Virus record (IMG/VR): IMGVR_UViG_3300020048_000106
Location: 1-64,000 of that record
Reading direction: 5' to 3' (one strand)
Origin: a virus
Lineage: Duplodnaviria; Caudoviricetes
Length of the DNA: 64,000 nt
Notes under the pieces: model-generated
The model's input: the letters and a program-made list of their open reading frames with translations, nothing else
The model's database searches: none
What the model was told of the DNA's origin: nothing
Part shown: positions 57,401 to 63,318 of the stretch, piece after piece
How the letters are laid out: the number at the start of each line of letters is the position of its first letter
How positions within the stretch are numbered: position 1 is the first letter of the stretch
Made by a program: the position numbers and the translations under genes

Positions 57401-60298
57401 GCCCGACTTCTTTAAGAGTGTCGCAGGATCGATTGGTTTCGCAAAATCCGGCGCATCCCACATCGCCCTCGCGGCCTTGGCTACCAAGCCCTCAGTCGGT
57501 GCATCTTCAGAAGCGGCAACCGGTTTTGCGGGCTTGCCGAGGCTGACCGGAGTTGGGGCGGGCTTGGCTTCGGGCTTCGGGATCGCCGGCGTTTGCTTCA
57601 CGGCATCGTCAATGACGTAGTCGGCAATGCCTTCGAACCGCTTCCAATTCACATCCTTCGGACGCCGGGCGTTGTGCTTCGCGACCCACCCGCGGGCCTC
57701 AGCCTTGACCATCGTCGCGGCCTCGGCTGGATCCATGCCGCCTTGCACCTTGCGAGAGAACGATCGCAGGGCGTCTGCTTTGATGCGGTCGTTGATCTCA
57801 GCCGCGCCGACCGCTGTACCCCTACCACCCTCAAGTTGCTGAGCCTGGGCTTCGAAGGCGTCAGCCTTAGAGTCTGCCCATGCGGTTCGGCTGGGAGCGG
57901 CTGGTCCCTCGCTCTTGTTCCCCGCCTCTCGCTCGGCCTTCTGCTGCTCGTCCAATCTCACTTGAGCGTCGTAGGCACGTTTCCGGTCTTCGTACTGCCG
58001 CTGCTTTTTCGGATCAACTGCTGGTGCCGGGGTCCATTTCTGTTCCCCGGTATCCGACAGATTGACCCCCTTCCCGACGGATTTTGCGTGCTCGACTGCC
58101 TTGGTGAACGAGTCGAACCCGATCCCGTCGACATCGTAGGTTTTTCCGTGAGGCTTCTCGGCCTTCGGTGGCGGTGCCTGGCCGAGCCGCACCGGGGCGG
58201 GAGAAACTTCGGGGGTAACTTCGGGGGTAACTTCGGGGGCGACTTTTGGTGCGGTTCCACCAAATGCAGGGCCAACGCCAGCCTTAGAAGGCGAAGGCGT
58301 CGGTGGGCTGATTAGATTTCGCCTCTGCTCAATCGCAATGTCAAGCCTTCCTGTTGCAACCGCTTCTTGGTTAGACGCAACCCATTGGTCTAGTGCTTCT
58401 AGCGACTTGATGTTCGCGATTGCAGCAAGGTTTTCAACGTGATTGATAGCTGCGGCTGTGCTGCCTTTGCCTGTGTCGTCAACTTGCGGGGTAACTTGCG
58501 GGGTGGCGGCGGCGGAAGCCACATCTGCGGATAGCTTTGCCAGCGATTCCGATGCCGCTTGCTTGACCTTCCGGTTGGCAAACATCTTGTCGGTCAGCAA
58601 GTCGGCGTAAATCTGATCCGCACTCAACGGGCCTTGATTTCTCGTCAGTTTGACGACCTGATTGGCGTAATGCCTGACCCGCTCATTGAATCGCGGGCGC
58701 TCGTCGGGGTCGGACGGATTATTTGACCACGAGGTAAACACATCGTCCGTGTCCATGACCGACAGGTAGGACGACAGGTCTGGTCCTGCGGTTTCGGCCG
58801 GAACCGAATCGGAGACCGGTGCGGTACCGACTGTTGGGGGAATCGCCGGATTTTCCGGCGTTTCCTGCGGTCCTGGCGGTTCTAGTTCTGTGGTTTCGGC
58901 CGGAACCGGAACCGGAACCGGAGACTCGGTGTCAACCTCTGCATCAACCTCAGCGTCCTCGGGCGTCGACAGATACACCCGGCCGTCCTTCGTCGATTCG
59001 TACCGACCGCCGATCACAGCCTGTTTGGCAACGCCCGCGATCCCGTCAACGAAGCTCGCCGGGTCCATTCCGAGACGGGCGATCTCAATGCCGATTTCCT
59101 CGAGCGTGCGGGGCTTACCGTCCGCGAGGATGCCGTCGATCGTCTGGGTCTGCATCGGCATCGGGAACCGTTTCCCGGTGGCTGGCGGGGCTGGTGCGAC
59201 GGGCGGCTCGCCTGGGACGGTGGGAGGAACTGCTTCGGATCCGGCCGGCGCGGGGGGCGGTCCCGGTGGCTGGTTCGGGTCGACCGGGGGCGGCACCGTG
59301 TCAACCGGTGGGGCAGCGGGATCGGGCAGGGGACCGTTCGGATCGATCGACGTTGCGGCCATCTCTTTGAGGGCCTTCTCGCGATCCTTCTTGGCCTTTT
59401 GGTCCTGGTACAGCTTCGCGCCTTCGGTGATCGCCGAGAATCCGAGGGTCATGGCGAACGTGGACGCCGCCACGTCCCTGGTTTTTTCCAGGATCGCGCG
59501 AGGCGTGAGTTCCTCTTTAGATGTCCCGTCCATCTCCGCGAACATCGTCTGCAGGACTTCGGCCGTCAGTTCTTCGGGGAGCTCCTGCCCAAACGCACCG
59601 AGGACTCGCTTGCCGACATCCTTGAGCCCTTGGCCGATCGACTTCGCCGCGGCTTCCTTCGTCGTGCGGCCGAGCATCCCCTCGATGCCGGGGATTTTCA
59701 ACGCCTGGAAGATCATCATGGCGGTGGCGTCGCTGGCACCGCTGAGGGCCGCGTTGCCCGCCAGTACGTTGCCGCGTTGCCCGCTGTCTTTCCGGTCGAC
59801 GTAGGCGCTCTGCGTGGACGTCGTGGTGATCGCCGCGGCGGTGGCCGCCAATCCGACCGGCCCGCCCAGCACGGCCGGAACCGAGAGCGGCGCTGACTGT
59901 AACGCGGAGATGACGGGGTCAATGACCTGTGCAGGAACGCCCACGTCTTGGGCAACCTCGGACGCTCGGCCCGCCGCCGCGCCGCCCTGAGCCTCTGCCC
60001 ATCGCATCGTCGAGTCGGCCCTGTCGCCATGGCCAGTGACACGCTCGAGCAACGCCACGGCCTGGCCGCTGAGTGGTTCGGCGACTGCCCTGTCCAGCGA
60101 ATGCCAAAATCCAGAGTCTTTGAACTCTTCCTGGGCTTGCTGGGCGAACTGCTTCCGCTCAATCAGCGCACGCAGATCCTCTTCGTCGCGGGTGCCTCGC
60201 TTGACTCCCCTTCCGAGTTTGCCGGCCGCTCGGTTGGTGAGGGGCTTGTCAATCCACGAGGGATCTACTTTGTCTTCGTCTTCTTCGTCGATCGGCAT
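45434..60298 (-). CDS. 4954-aa polyvalent, probably virion-ejected protein (DarB-like: N6-MTase plus Strawberry-notch helicase, ART, LPD-type domains)
   Basis: Uninterrupted ORF; QFSTPP/LEPSGGMG/NPPF MTase about 52780-53600; GDGTGVGK/FDESH/SEAGGTG Sno helicase about 49150-52290; YRG..ENE ART about 54010-54380; helical C-terminal domain. Confidence 0.9.
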   Translation of the reverse strand: MPIDEEDEDKVDPSWIDKPLTNRAAGKLGRGVKRGTRDEEDLRALIERKQFAQQAQEEFKDSGFWHSLDRAVAEPLSGQAVALLERVTGHGDRADSTMRWAEAQGGAAAGRASEVAQDVGVPAQVIDPVISALQSAPLSVPAVLGGPVGLAATAAAITTTSTQSAYVDRKDSGQRGNVLAGNAALSGASDATAMMIFQALKIPGIEGMLGRTTKEAAAKSIGQGLKDVGKRVLGAFGQELPEELTAEVLQTMFAEMDGTSKEELTPRAILEKTRDVAASTFAMTLGFSAITEGAKLYQDQKAKKDREKALKEMAATSIDPNGPLPDPAAPPVDTVPPPVDPNQPPGPPPAPAGSEAVPPTVPGEPPVAPAPPATGKRFPMPMQTQTIDGILADGKPRTLEEIGIEIARLGMDPASFVDGIAGVAKQAVIGGRYESTKDGRVYLSTPEDAEVDAEVDTESPVPVPVPAETTELEPPGPQETPENPAIPPTVGTAPVSDSVPAETAGPDLSSYLSVMDTDDVFTSWSNNPSDPDERPRFNERVRHYANQVVKLTRNQGPLSADQIYADLLTDKMFANRKVKQAASESLAKLSADVASAAATPQVTPQVDDTGKGSTAAAINHVENLAAIANIKSLEALDQWVASNQEAVATGRLDIAIEQRRNLISPPTPSPSKAGVGPAFGGTAPKVAPEVTPEVTPEVSPAPVRLGQAPPPKAEKPHGKTYDVDGIGFDSFTKAVEHAKSVGKGVNLSDTGEQKWTPAPAVDPKKQRQYEDRKRAYDAQVRLDEQQKAEREAGNKSEGPAAPSRTAWADSKADAFEAQAQQLEGGRGTAVGAAEINDRIKADALRSFSRKVQGGMDPAEAATMVKAEARGWVAKHNARRPKDVNWKRFEGIADYVIDDAVKQTPAIPKPEAKPAPTPVSLGKPAKPVAASEDAPTEGLVAKAARAMWDAPDFAKPIDPATLLKKSGRHLSLIDRASGDQAIASFVTDPEGVVLATQGRKYTPGEIALNERLIENLFSNGVGSVYIGVPQASTPQLIEALSDRGYSIEKNDGKGHKYRIDPKQAVSLGKPKAAKPDAPWAKSTTEDESRWFGTEVSVEPGSKNEDQYDGKVVRVLNGGDVVEVQPQGQDGTFRVPSARVAVKKVVDSKAEPELTEMTAEDEEHLFGKKPEPKQPKTFEDLKSLTFDDIADGEETEGVARNRGKTYRAKKFKVTDADGKEIEAKVRIDSDGEVQVMDLGRTKEQREKDSAAWKKRVQTLRDRIEQVPFTHGEPPHGTGKGRTIVQVMKAAMEKQSGPALAGAAREHGLLTDGHVLVRLSDKDRAKAAAAKVGIPADYPAMAKKTLEDFMVMPGYAEAAKIVAYRETFGEAEYEAAGTTKEKSGEIEAKYILGGTGGTQWVVEAHYHETVMKMHPKAIPHVVRQKGKNPPPVFYRVGDETVGVVMPIDYDVPFLQFKESAVEPAAEAETESDSDTPSEADLDKMADEMWSDDDVDSTPPPPPAPPKAKPEPAKPSKRIFAVMTSDGKIHADPKASMHYDVVQNAGLESWDIIDGGFIVDGKYLMSLSDGGYAAMEGEPEQLSEVQRYTDEYNAKAKETAPPRAKISPKAPRADGAGNPSAKDKAKAAESTAEALLDELVSKARGRLGMGVDPEMASIAIRYVKAKIEAGTYRFVDFAEHVLASAPREVIDRLRPYLEMAWKVAHGEGLTEDSGGDLASYGGKRRERFRPVGATNNRDFANRPTDEAAKAALDTGKRDRFGAARSLNPGQTVALRIDIPAFLNHGTYVVSIHEDKGTAGNQVGSVAGYDTAARLSGSVRFSVQENAAGRIAEGKNKHPIATVKGKFDPSRDTPDDIENWHAIGMNPAKAPFFYDKKTGQEVSLANDAISIGNTVFVREIVEYGNRNAGNMPIPDVGFHSMLEAIPEGIRANIQKQGRESLLKDARHDVIAGNSLRRAMENVIDGKRPGPDANITEHERHLKAWLLLNEVNEAEPSQVTMYRGDRTITAGVDNRNVRVGDEILIGGKKANNGITANLKVAKKFADGVLYEIEPGVKAARVSTAEPQEFTGSVTGENEFIAAGTFTVTGIKEVGDNTVIQVKQSSSPNVSLGTLDRMTAEARREVSRLLKELSAASKRSMSSTLPDPELMGIAINLAKAMIKERGLTFAGFVQGVYDKAGMELTQKLGVYLEAAWRRAIKLGLTTDPVGKTSDILFAQSPKVDQKGKQGDPQTRLATKVRDALEAGTAMTSGSFFAMANEEFGGSRAGGDYGDSEATDALELGVNLYLQGKTDPNVTADEAKETVRRIQEIMELVPRQRGRTGEKSSMQQFSTPPAYAYVTAWIANPTKGDVVLEPSGGMGGIAVHAANSGATVYVNELSESRAEGLQQLDLEGVFTEDAEQIGAILADKMPPPTVVLMNPPFSRAGKRMGDTMIQGTDRKHIAEVMALVPEGGRVVAIVSAGLHKQSDGMTRWLADMPHRVTANIEVARDVYRGYGTEFPTRVLVIDKVPRGDSKTINQTATDLFDLIDKAQEARDARPATERAPAQPDRETTSDEDGRGDQPGDNARDPVPDDVPRDPSGETGPDREDVGGGRDDNRSGSDDANDAPPAAGGNARVQMGGRKSGRAPRKSGGGGGGKRTRGSVPGPSRKSGGVPRTGVTKAKAVTQPRPASKASALTESTFEDYTPSVVVAGAKKHPAPIVESAAMAAVSSPKINYEVDVAPGVFEGYVTEDGAYVGLSDIQLEAIALAGHAHSQMLPSGERRGFLIGDGTGVGKAREALGIINDDFIKRGDKRRKAVFVTKNDALIGDAVAEWVGVGGDPADFHPMSSFQNGSKIELESGIVALGYDTLGTGASKTAKDKGNTMSRLEQIVDWVGKDFDGVVIFDESHMMGNSLDSGDGQTAKSAAQRALAAVDLQKQLPNARVVYLSATAATEVVNLAYADRLGLWGQGTQFADKRTFISEIEAGGVAAMEKVAADMKAMGMYVARNLSFDDGTPEGRVEFDRVRHELTADQERIYDKLSEAWIKVLERIDAALDLTENTKGRKWIISAFWGANQRFWNDVITGMTAPALIKGIEKDLAEGRSVLVQLTATHGAATERAIAGRKDDQEFEDLDISPRRGLMQLIEKSFPTQRHEKYTDDNGNTRERPVVDAAGKPVHDPQAVAMKNKLLQEVGSLEVASRSPIDMIIDHFGEEMVAEISGRNKRLTYDGDKKLMEQRRSKGAVKKDRNAFMRGDKRILIFSEAGGTGTSYHASLSHKNQQRRSHYLWQAGWKAPTAIQGLGRGHRSNQASAPLIHLIEPGLEGYKRFISTIARRLGQLGALTKGQRDAGDGGLFNAKDNLESTEAVRALSQFLTDANRGNIEGIDRAFLMTRMGFDNLPPGVIGPDAVNMTSFLNRLLNLPPKQQATVFSEFSNRLDTIVEKAIQDGTLDQGMETVKAEKIVKASEQTVYEHPTGAQTKWVQLTLTKKTSPLSYEGAIRTAATFTGTLHSFVRSKTTGKVFMVIDRNLVTQTKDGKVTHDATFVGVLGRSYGHNLEQLDNAKYWETLPRGDVKSPLDAKNAWDAEFNAAPKEIDETLNLLTGALLPVWKKVIGGHSVVRALTQDGETILGRIMDDRYIDRTLQNFGVRRDGEAALQYSPKEAMQAAYEGGIVTLNNGWTVKKRKIDGEDNIEIHGADYSSKQLIENAGGFQRMIDYKTRFFIPFGDTQGQTLSNLADSFAIESVTLPQGVSRASLGPAAKTPPTPPSPPTPPTPKPPAESGMAKQIRQGDVIPPAKDSAVPPPPGVDAFIAPDNDKTGSLSSAKRQVLSATDLIDDYAVESEDVNTHVGPDKALEKFWESARRGLSRKRMWERIKETWEATPDFIARNFGRGGMEHLPRTKQFGEGRSLLRVWKDAVEIAKWKTGELLRRTTGGLSAADYDLFSRAVIFRNFRNREGALPFELDRPRAEAELARIEAKVLKNPKVQAALEFREKWHGEMKEAYIYWHQQIGIDMTDRLKKEDYFHHQVLWHYRMKEPTTGSSKDAQVDMQRGWLRHETGSPLAINANYVQAEWEVATQMIADTIRAEALAKLTTEYDTMPELERKAKIKNMHLLYGGKKQYEHVLYLREMRAQADPEDRKIWSQQLRDLDPLFGFRQDIAIKSNAILNEEPWLAALPSASFFKELRRISVDPKDPSAEMANGLLGAIKRQEIFIEESIGKKNYQTWRTVMPDTHRSAAIRPGRALYQAYTIPEQLANELMANHAAVVGIQADVLREVLVMGHEYTPIVVPKEIAAQMEEMSKIQSNSLAAVVGGWWRRNVTFNFKRFALLSPERFVKYNLRSLSEIDKVVNLMPKAASVPLMIQAGKELFAVYRQHDKITPEVRLWMELGGAQSLHLPNEMGDLSALKEFERFFEDESGWDKVPGKLWAGYWRKAGALSNYRESILRYSAFLAYRKELKENGGKPISYGGSNPAEIDGIRDIDRKAMRLSADLLGDYGDLSPAGAMLRDAAFGLPFVSFTELNFRTYMRGIANLANHEQSATAAGRTLAKALGVTAVAQSPYLAYRLGRIYLLAFGAQAVLTTINNLAFADEEDELPDEIKDRPHLTLGRNADGSVRYFDRLGTSTDFMDWLGLDSLDKMAMQVATGRMTLSDVAKEMVMSPTNKFVQSLSPAVKVPMGWMTGKDTFPDVRKSRTIRDMGEFTFQAAGLGNTYKIVMGRPNKGAGEWLQSLAWSTISSGSAAYFRTRDEIQRVTQRGGMSRDSITPRDEALYYYKQALRFGDTSAAKKYEADYKAAGGTDKTIMQSLKMLHPLGTLSLPNEIRFRATLDARGEEELAKAEAYFYRDLVTPEQAEEIKAHRENRVKDLAKTVMTHAGRPNPDTNSDYETAATKYEADYADLKAWLDENRDKPDVRLAVRGVLRSDRFQTIEEGNTTPQGVNESGRHYQERVRRAAQDSANAKRWRKWFLDTQPKALN
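52336..52707 (-). CDS. overprinted 123-aa protein in the +1 frame of the giant gene
   Basis: AGGAGG SD at 52714-52719, 6 nt before ATG 52707; 24 of the first 29 codons end in G/C while the host frame is A/T-ending and low-complexity. Confidence 0.7.
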   Translation of the reverse strand: MQDQQLNELPLNRIAKRLLMKMDAEINPEIMHATQFLMMYLEIPVAKRGRIGKMWGGEETIIEVVAMMPTMPHQQQAAMLASKWEGGNLEERLENLAEAVAGKGPEGAFLVLLESLGAYLEQE

Positions 60299-60339
60299 GG
60301 ACGCACTTGCGGTTGGGGTTGTGGATGACGCGGACTATT

Positions 60340-62583
60340 TTACCGTCCAAAGCCAAGACTGCTACCGAGCCTCAGACCGAGATTTGCGCCGGGAGCAACG
60401 GAGGACTCAAGGAATGTTTTGTTGGTCCTCAACATGCTAGCCTTGGGAGGGTCGTTTGGCGGGACTCGTTTGGTTCGCATCGCGGGGTCAAGGTAGAACG
60501 TCCCTGGCGGAAGCTGCTTGATCTTCTTGGCATCTTCTGGGTCGTTCTCGTCCAGCCGCTCGAGGTCTCGCAACGCATTCTGCTCTGCCGGCTCCATCAT
60601 CGCAAAGTGCATTTCGCCATCGTTGATCGTGTCGGCAACCGACTTCGCCGCCTCTCCGATGGGATCGGCAACGCCTCGCCGCTGCAGCTCTTCGATCGCA
60701 TCTCGCGAGATGTATCGTGCTGGGTGGTGGTCGTCCTCAACGCCCTTCATCGCTTCTGCCAGTCGCTTCAGTTGGGGCGGGGCCTTTTCGCCCATCCCCA
60801 TCGCCTGATCGAACAACTGTCGCACCTGTCCGATGGCTGGATCCTTCTGGAAGTATTCCTCATCCAGCTCCGCGGTCGTCTTGGTGACTGGCATGTCGCC
60901 AGCAACCGGGGGGGCGGCTGCGGGTGTCGGTGTCGATTCTTGGACAGAATGTCTCGTCGCCGAGACATTCTCCTGGGGGTTAGCCGCTGCTGGCGGGGGG
61001 GCGACTGCCTGACCTGGTTGCGAGAACTGATGCTGCAGCTCGAGCATCCGACGCATCTCCGCCTTGACATCTTCCTCCTTCATCGCTGGCGCGACCGGAT
61101 CGTCGATATTTCTCGGGTCTGCCTTCCACTTTTTCTGAAGCCGTTCCTCGGCCCCGGAATAATCCTTGAGGAACTTGTCGTAGTTCTTGTCTCCCCCACC
61201 GTACATCTTGTTCCACTGCTCTTCGACCGTGGCGGCCGGGAGATCCTGGTTGGCCGCGCCCTTTGCTTCCTCGAGGGCCATCTTGCTCTCGACTGGGCGC
61301 ATGGTCCCGTCTGGCGAAATCCAGATGCCGACATTGCCGTCGATCTTGCGGTATGACCTCGCGATGATTGCGTCGGCGCTGGGCGGTTGCTCCTCGTATC
61401 CCGCCAAGTCGGCTTCCGCGAACCGGTTCATGAACTGACCGGCCATGTCAGAATACTGCTCGGGCTTCATGTCAGGCTTGGCCGCGGCAATCGATCGACG
61501 CTCGTCTGCCAGCTGCGCGAGAACCCGCTTGCCCTCGGGGCTGAGGCTCATTTGACGCGCTGCCTTCAGCATGTCGTTGATGTTGGTGTCCATCTCGCGG
61601 GTCGCTTCGAGCTTCCAGTTTACGCCGGCTTGTTCGGCGTCACTGAATCGCTTTTTGTCCTGGCCTTCCGCGAGGTCCATCCGCCGCTCGTCGAGACCGA
61701 ACGTCTGCTCCCGCAGCCGCATGTTATCCAGCGACTCCAATTCGCTCATGTCAGCTGCACGCTTACGCAAGCCAAACTCGTCCTGGCGGATACCGAACTC
61801 GTCCTGACGCAACGCGAACTCGTCCTCGTACCGCCGGTCGCTCGTGTCGGCCGCCCGACGACGCATTTCCAGTTCTTCCAGGGAGAGTCCTTGCGAGAAC
61901 TGCTGACCTTCTCGACGGAATCCCATTTCCTCGCGGAACCGCCGGTCTCCAGTGTCGGCAGCCTGCTGCCGCATCTCCATCTCTGCCAGCGTCGCCCCTT
62001 GCGAGAACTGTTGTCCTTCTCGACGGAATCCCATTTCCTCACGAAACCGTTGATCGCCAGTCGCCTCAGCTCGCCGCCGCATCTCGAGCTCTTCGAGCGA
62101 CATCCCTTGGGAGAATTGCTGCCCGTCACGTCGTAGGTTGAAGTCTTCCCGCTGCCTGGCCTCGGTCGATGAGAGGGCACGATCGCGGTAGTCCTGATCC
62201 TGCCGCGCGGATCGCTCCCGGAAGTTCTGGGAACGGTCTTGGAGCGAGTAGTCGGCCCGGGCCCGCTGCCGATCCAGTCCGAGCCGAGCGTTCTGCAATG
62301 CTGCCTGCTGAGTGAACTGCTCCCGTTGCAACTGGGCTTCCATTGCCGCGCGACGCTCTGCCGCCTCGCGATCGAGCCCGGCGGTGGCCGTGTTGGCTGC
62401 TGCCTGAAACACAGCCGGATCGAACGTATTGACCACGCCCGGTCGGTTGGTGTGGAGCTGCGCGATCAATGCCGGGTCTGCCCCGTTGCTCGCCAGCAAT
62501 CTTGTGAGTTCTTGGACCCCCGGACCGGCCATGGTACGTCTACCGCGGCCGCCAAGCGGCGTCTGGTTCATTGTCTTCGCCAT
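60340..62583 (-). CDS. putative ejection/internal virion protein with coiled-coil repeats
   Basis: 747 aa Q/R/E-rich, directly upstream of the giant gene; carries palindrome copy 3. Confidence 0.7.
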   Translation of the reverse strand: MAKTMNQTPLGGRGRRTMAGPGVQELTRLLASNGADPALIAQLHTNRPGVVNTFDPAVFQAAANTATAGLDREAAERRAAMEAQLQREQFTQQAALQNARLGLDRQRARADYSLQDRSQNFRERSARQDQDYRDRALSSTEARQREDFNLRRDGQQFSQGMSLEELEMRRRAEATGDQRFREEMGFRREGQQFSQGATLAEMEMRQQAADTGDRRFREEMGFRREGQQFSQGLSLEELEMRRRAADTSDRRYEDEFALRQDEFGIRQDEFGLRKRAADMSELESLDNMRLREQTFGLDERRMDLAEGQDKKRFSDAEQAGVNWKLEATREMDTNINDMLKAARQMSLSPEGKRVLAQLADERRSIAAAKPDMKPEQYSDMAGQFMNRFAEADLAGYEEQPPSADAIIARSYRKIDGNVGIWISPDGTMRPVESKMALEEAKGAANQDLPAATVEEQWNKMYGGGDKNYDKFLKDYSGAEERLQKKWKADPRNIDDPVAPAMKEEDVKAEMRRMLELQHQFSQPGQAVAPPPAAANPQENVSATRHSVQESTPTPAAAPPVAGDMPVTKTTAELDEEYFQKDPAIGQVRQLFDQAMGMGEKAPPQLKRLAEAMKGVEDDHHPARYISRDAIEELQRRGVADPIGEAAKSVADTINDGEMHFAMMEPAEQNALRDLERLDENDPEDAKKIKQLPPGTFYLDPAMRTKRVPPNDPPKASMLRTNKTFLESSVAPGANLGLRLGSSLGFGR
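60929..60971. repeat. 43-bp repeat containing palindrome copy 3
   Basis: Identical to 39061..39103. Confidence 0.95.
61830..62140 (-). repeat. 108-bp (36-aa) coding tandem repeat, about three copies
   Basis: FSQG..L.E.EMR..A..T.D.RFREEMGFRREGQQ; nucleotide copies at 61891 and 61999. Confidence 0.85.
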
Positions 62584-62600
62584 CTGCGGTTACCTTTTCT

Positions 62601-63302
62601 TTAATACGTTCGCAGCATTGCGGGGATCAGGCGTTTGGCGGCGGACGTGTCGCGGGCATTGCCACGCAACGACATATCCATCTGGGCTTGCTGCGACGCG
62701 AACGAGCCCAACGAACTGAGCTGACCCTGGGACAACTGCATCTGCCGGTCGAGCGCGCGGGTGGTAATCTCGTTCAGGGCGGTCGATCGCTCCCGTCGAA
62801 GTTGCTCATCGAGCGCGCCCAACGCCTCGTTCCGGTCGCGGTCGACCCCGGACTGCATCGATCCCATGACGGTCGAATTATATAACCCTGTCCCGGACAA
62901 CTGCGAGCCCACGGAGTTTCGCGCGGCAGTCGAATCGCGATAGATGCGGTCGCGCGAAGCATCCCCCATGCCGTCAGTCGATGCGAGGTAGGCTTGCATC
63001 TGCTGGTTGGCGGCTGCATCCATGCCGGCCATCGCCTGGCCGTAGCGACCGTCGATGGCTCCGCGGTTCGCATCGAGCCCCTGCATGATCTGGCGGTGGT
63101 ACTGCGACGGAGCCATCTGGGCCATCTGCATCTGCAAACCGGCAGCATTCCCGACCTGATTGGCGCGGGTTGCCGCCGTATTGGCTTGGGTGGCTGCGGT
63201 CTGGGCCTGGGTCTGCGCGAGGTCTGCGTCAGCCTTCTGGCGAAACACCCCACCACCCAGTCCGGTGAGGTTAGAAAATGGGCCGCCCAGTCCGTAGTAC
63301 AT
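62601..63302 (-). CDS. putative pilot/ejection protein
   Basis: 233 aa Q/A/G/M-rich with a Gly-rich N-terminus, first of three graded genes before the giant ORF. Confidence 0.6.
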   Translation of the reverse strand: MYYGLGGPFSNLTGLGGGVFRQKADADLAQTQAQTAATQANTAATRANQVGNAAGLQMQMAQMAPSQYHRQIMQGLDANRGAIDGRYGQAMAGMDAAANQQMQAYLASTDGMGDASRDRIYRDSTAARNSVGSQLSGTGLYNSTVMGSMQSGVDRDRNEALGALDEQLRRERSTALNEITTRALDRQMQLSQGQLSSLGSFASQQAQMDMSLRGNARDTSAAKRLIPAMLRTY

Positions 63303-63318
63303 AATCCCGCTCCGTTAA

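Noticed and set aside
58201-58245. ACTTCGGGG(GT)A repeats
   Set aside because: They encode a PEVT/PEVS linker of the giant protein; simple coding micro-duplication.
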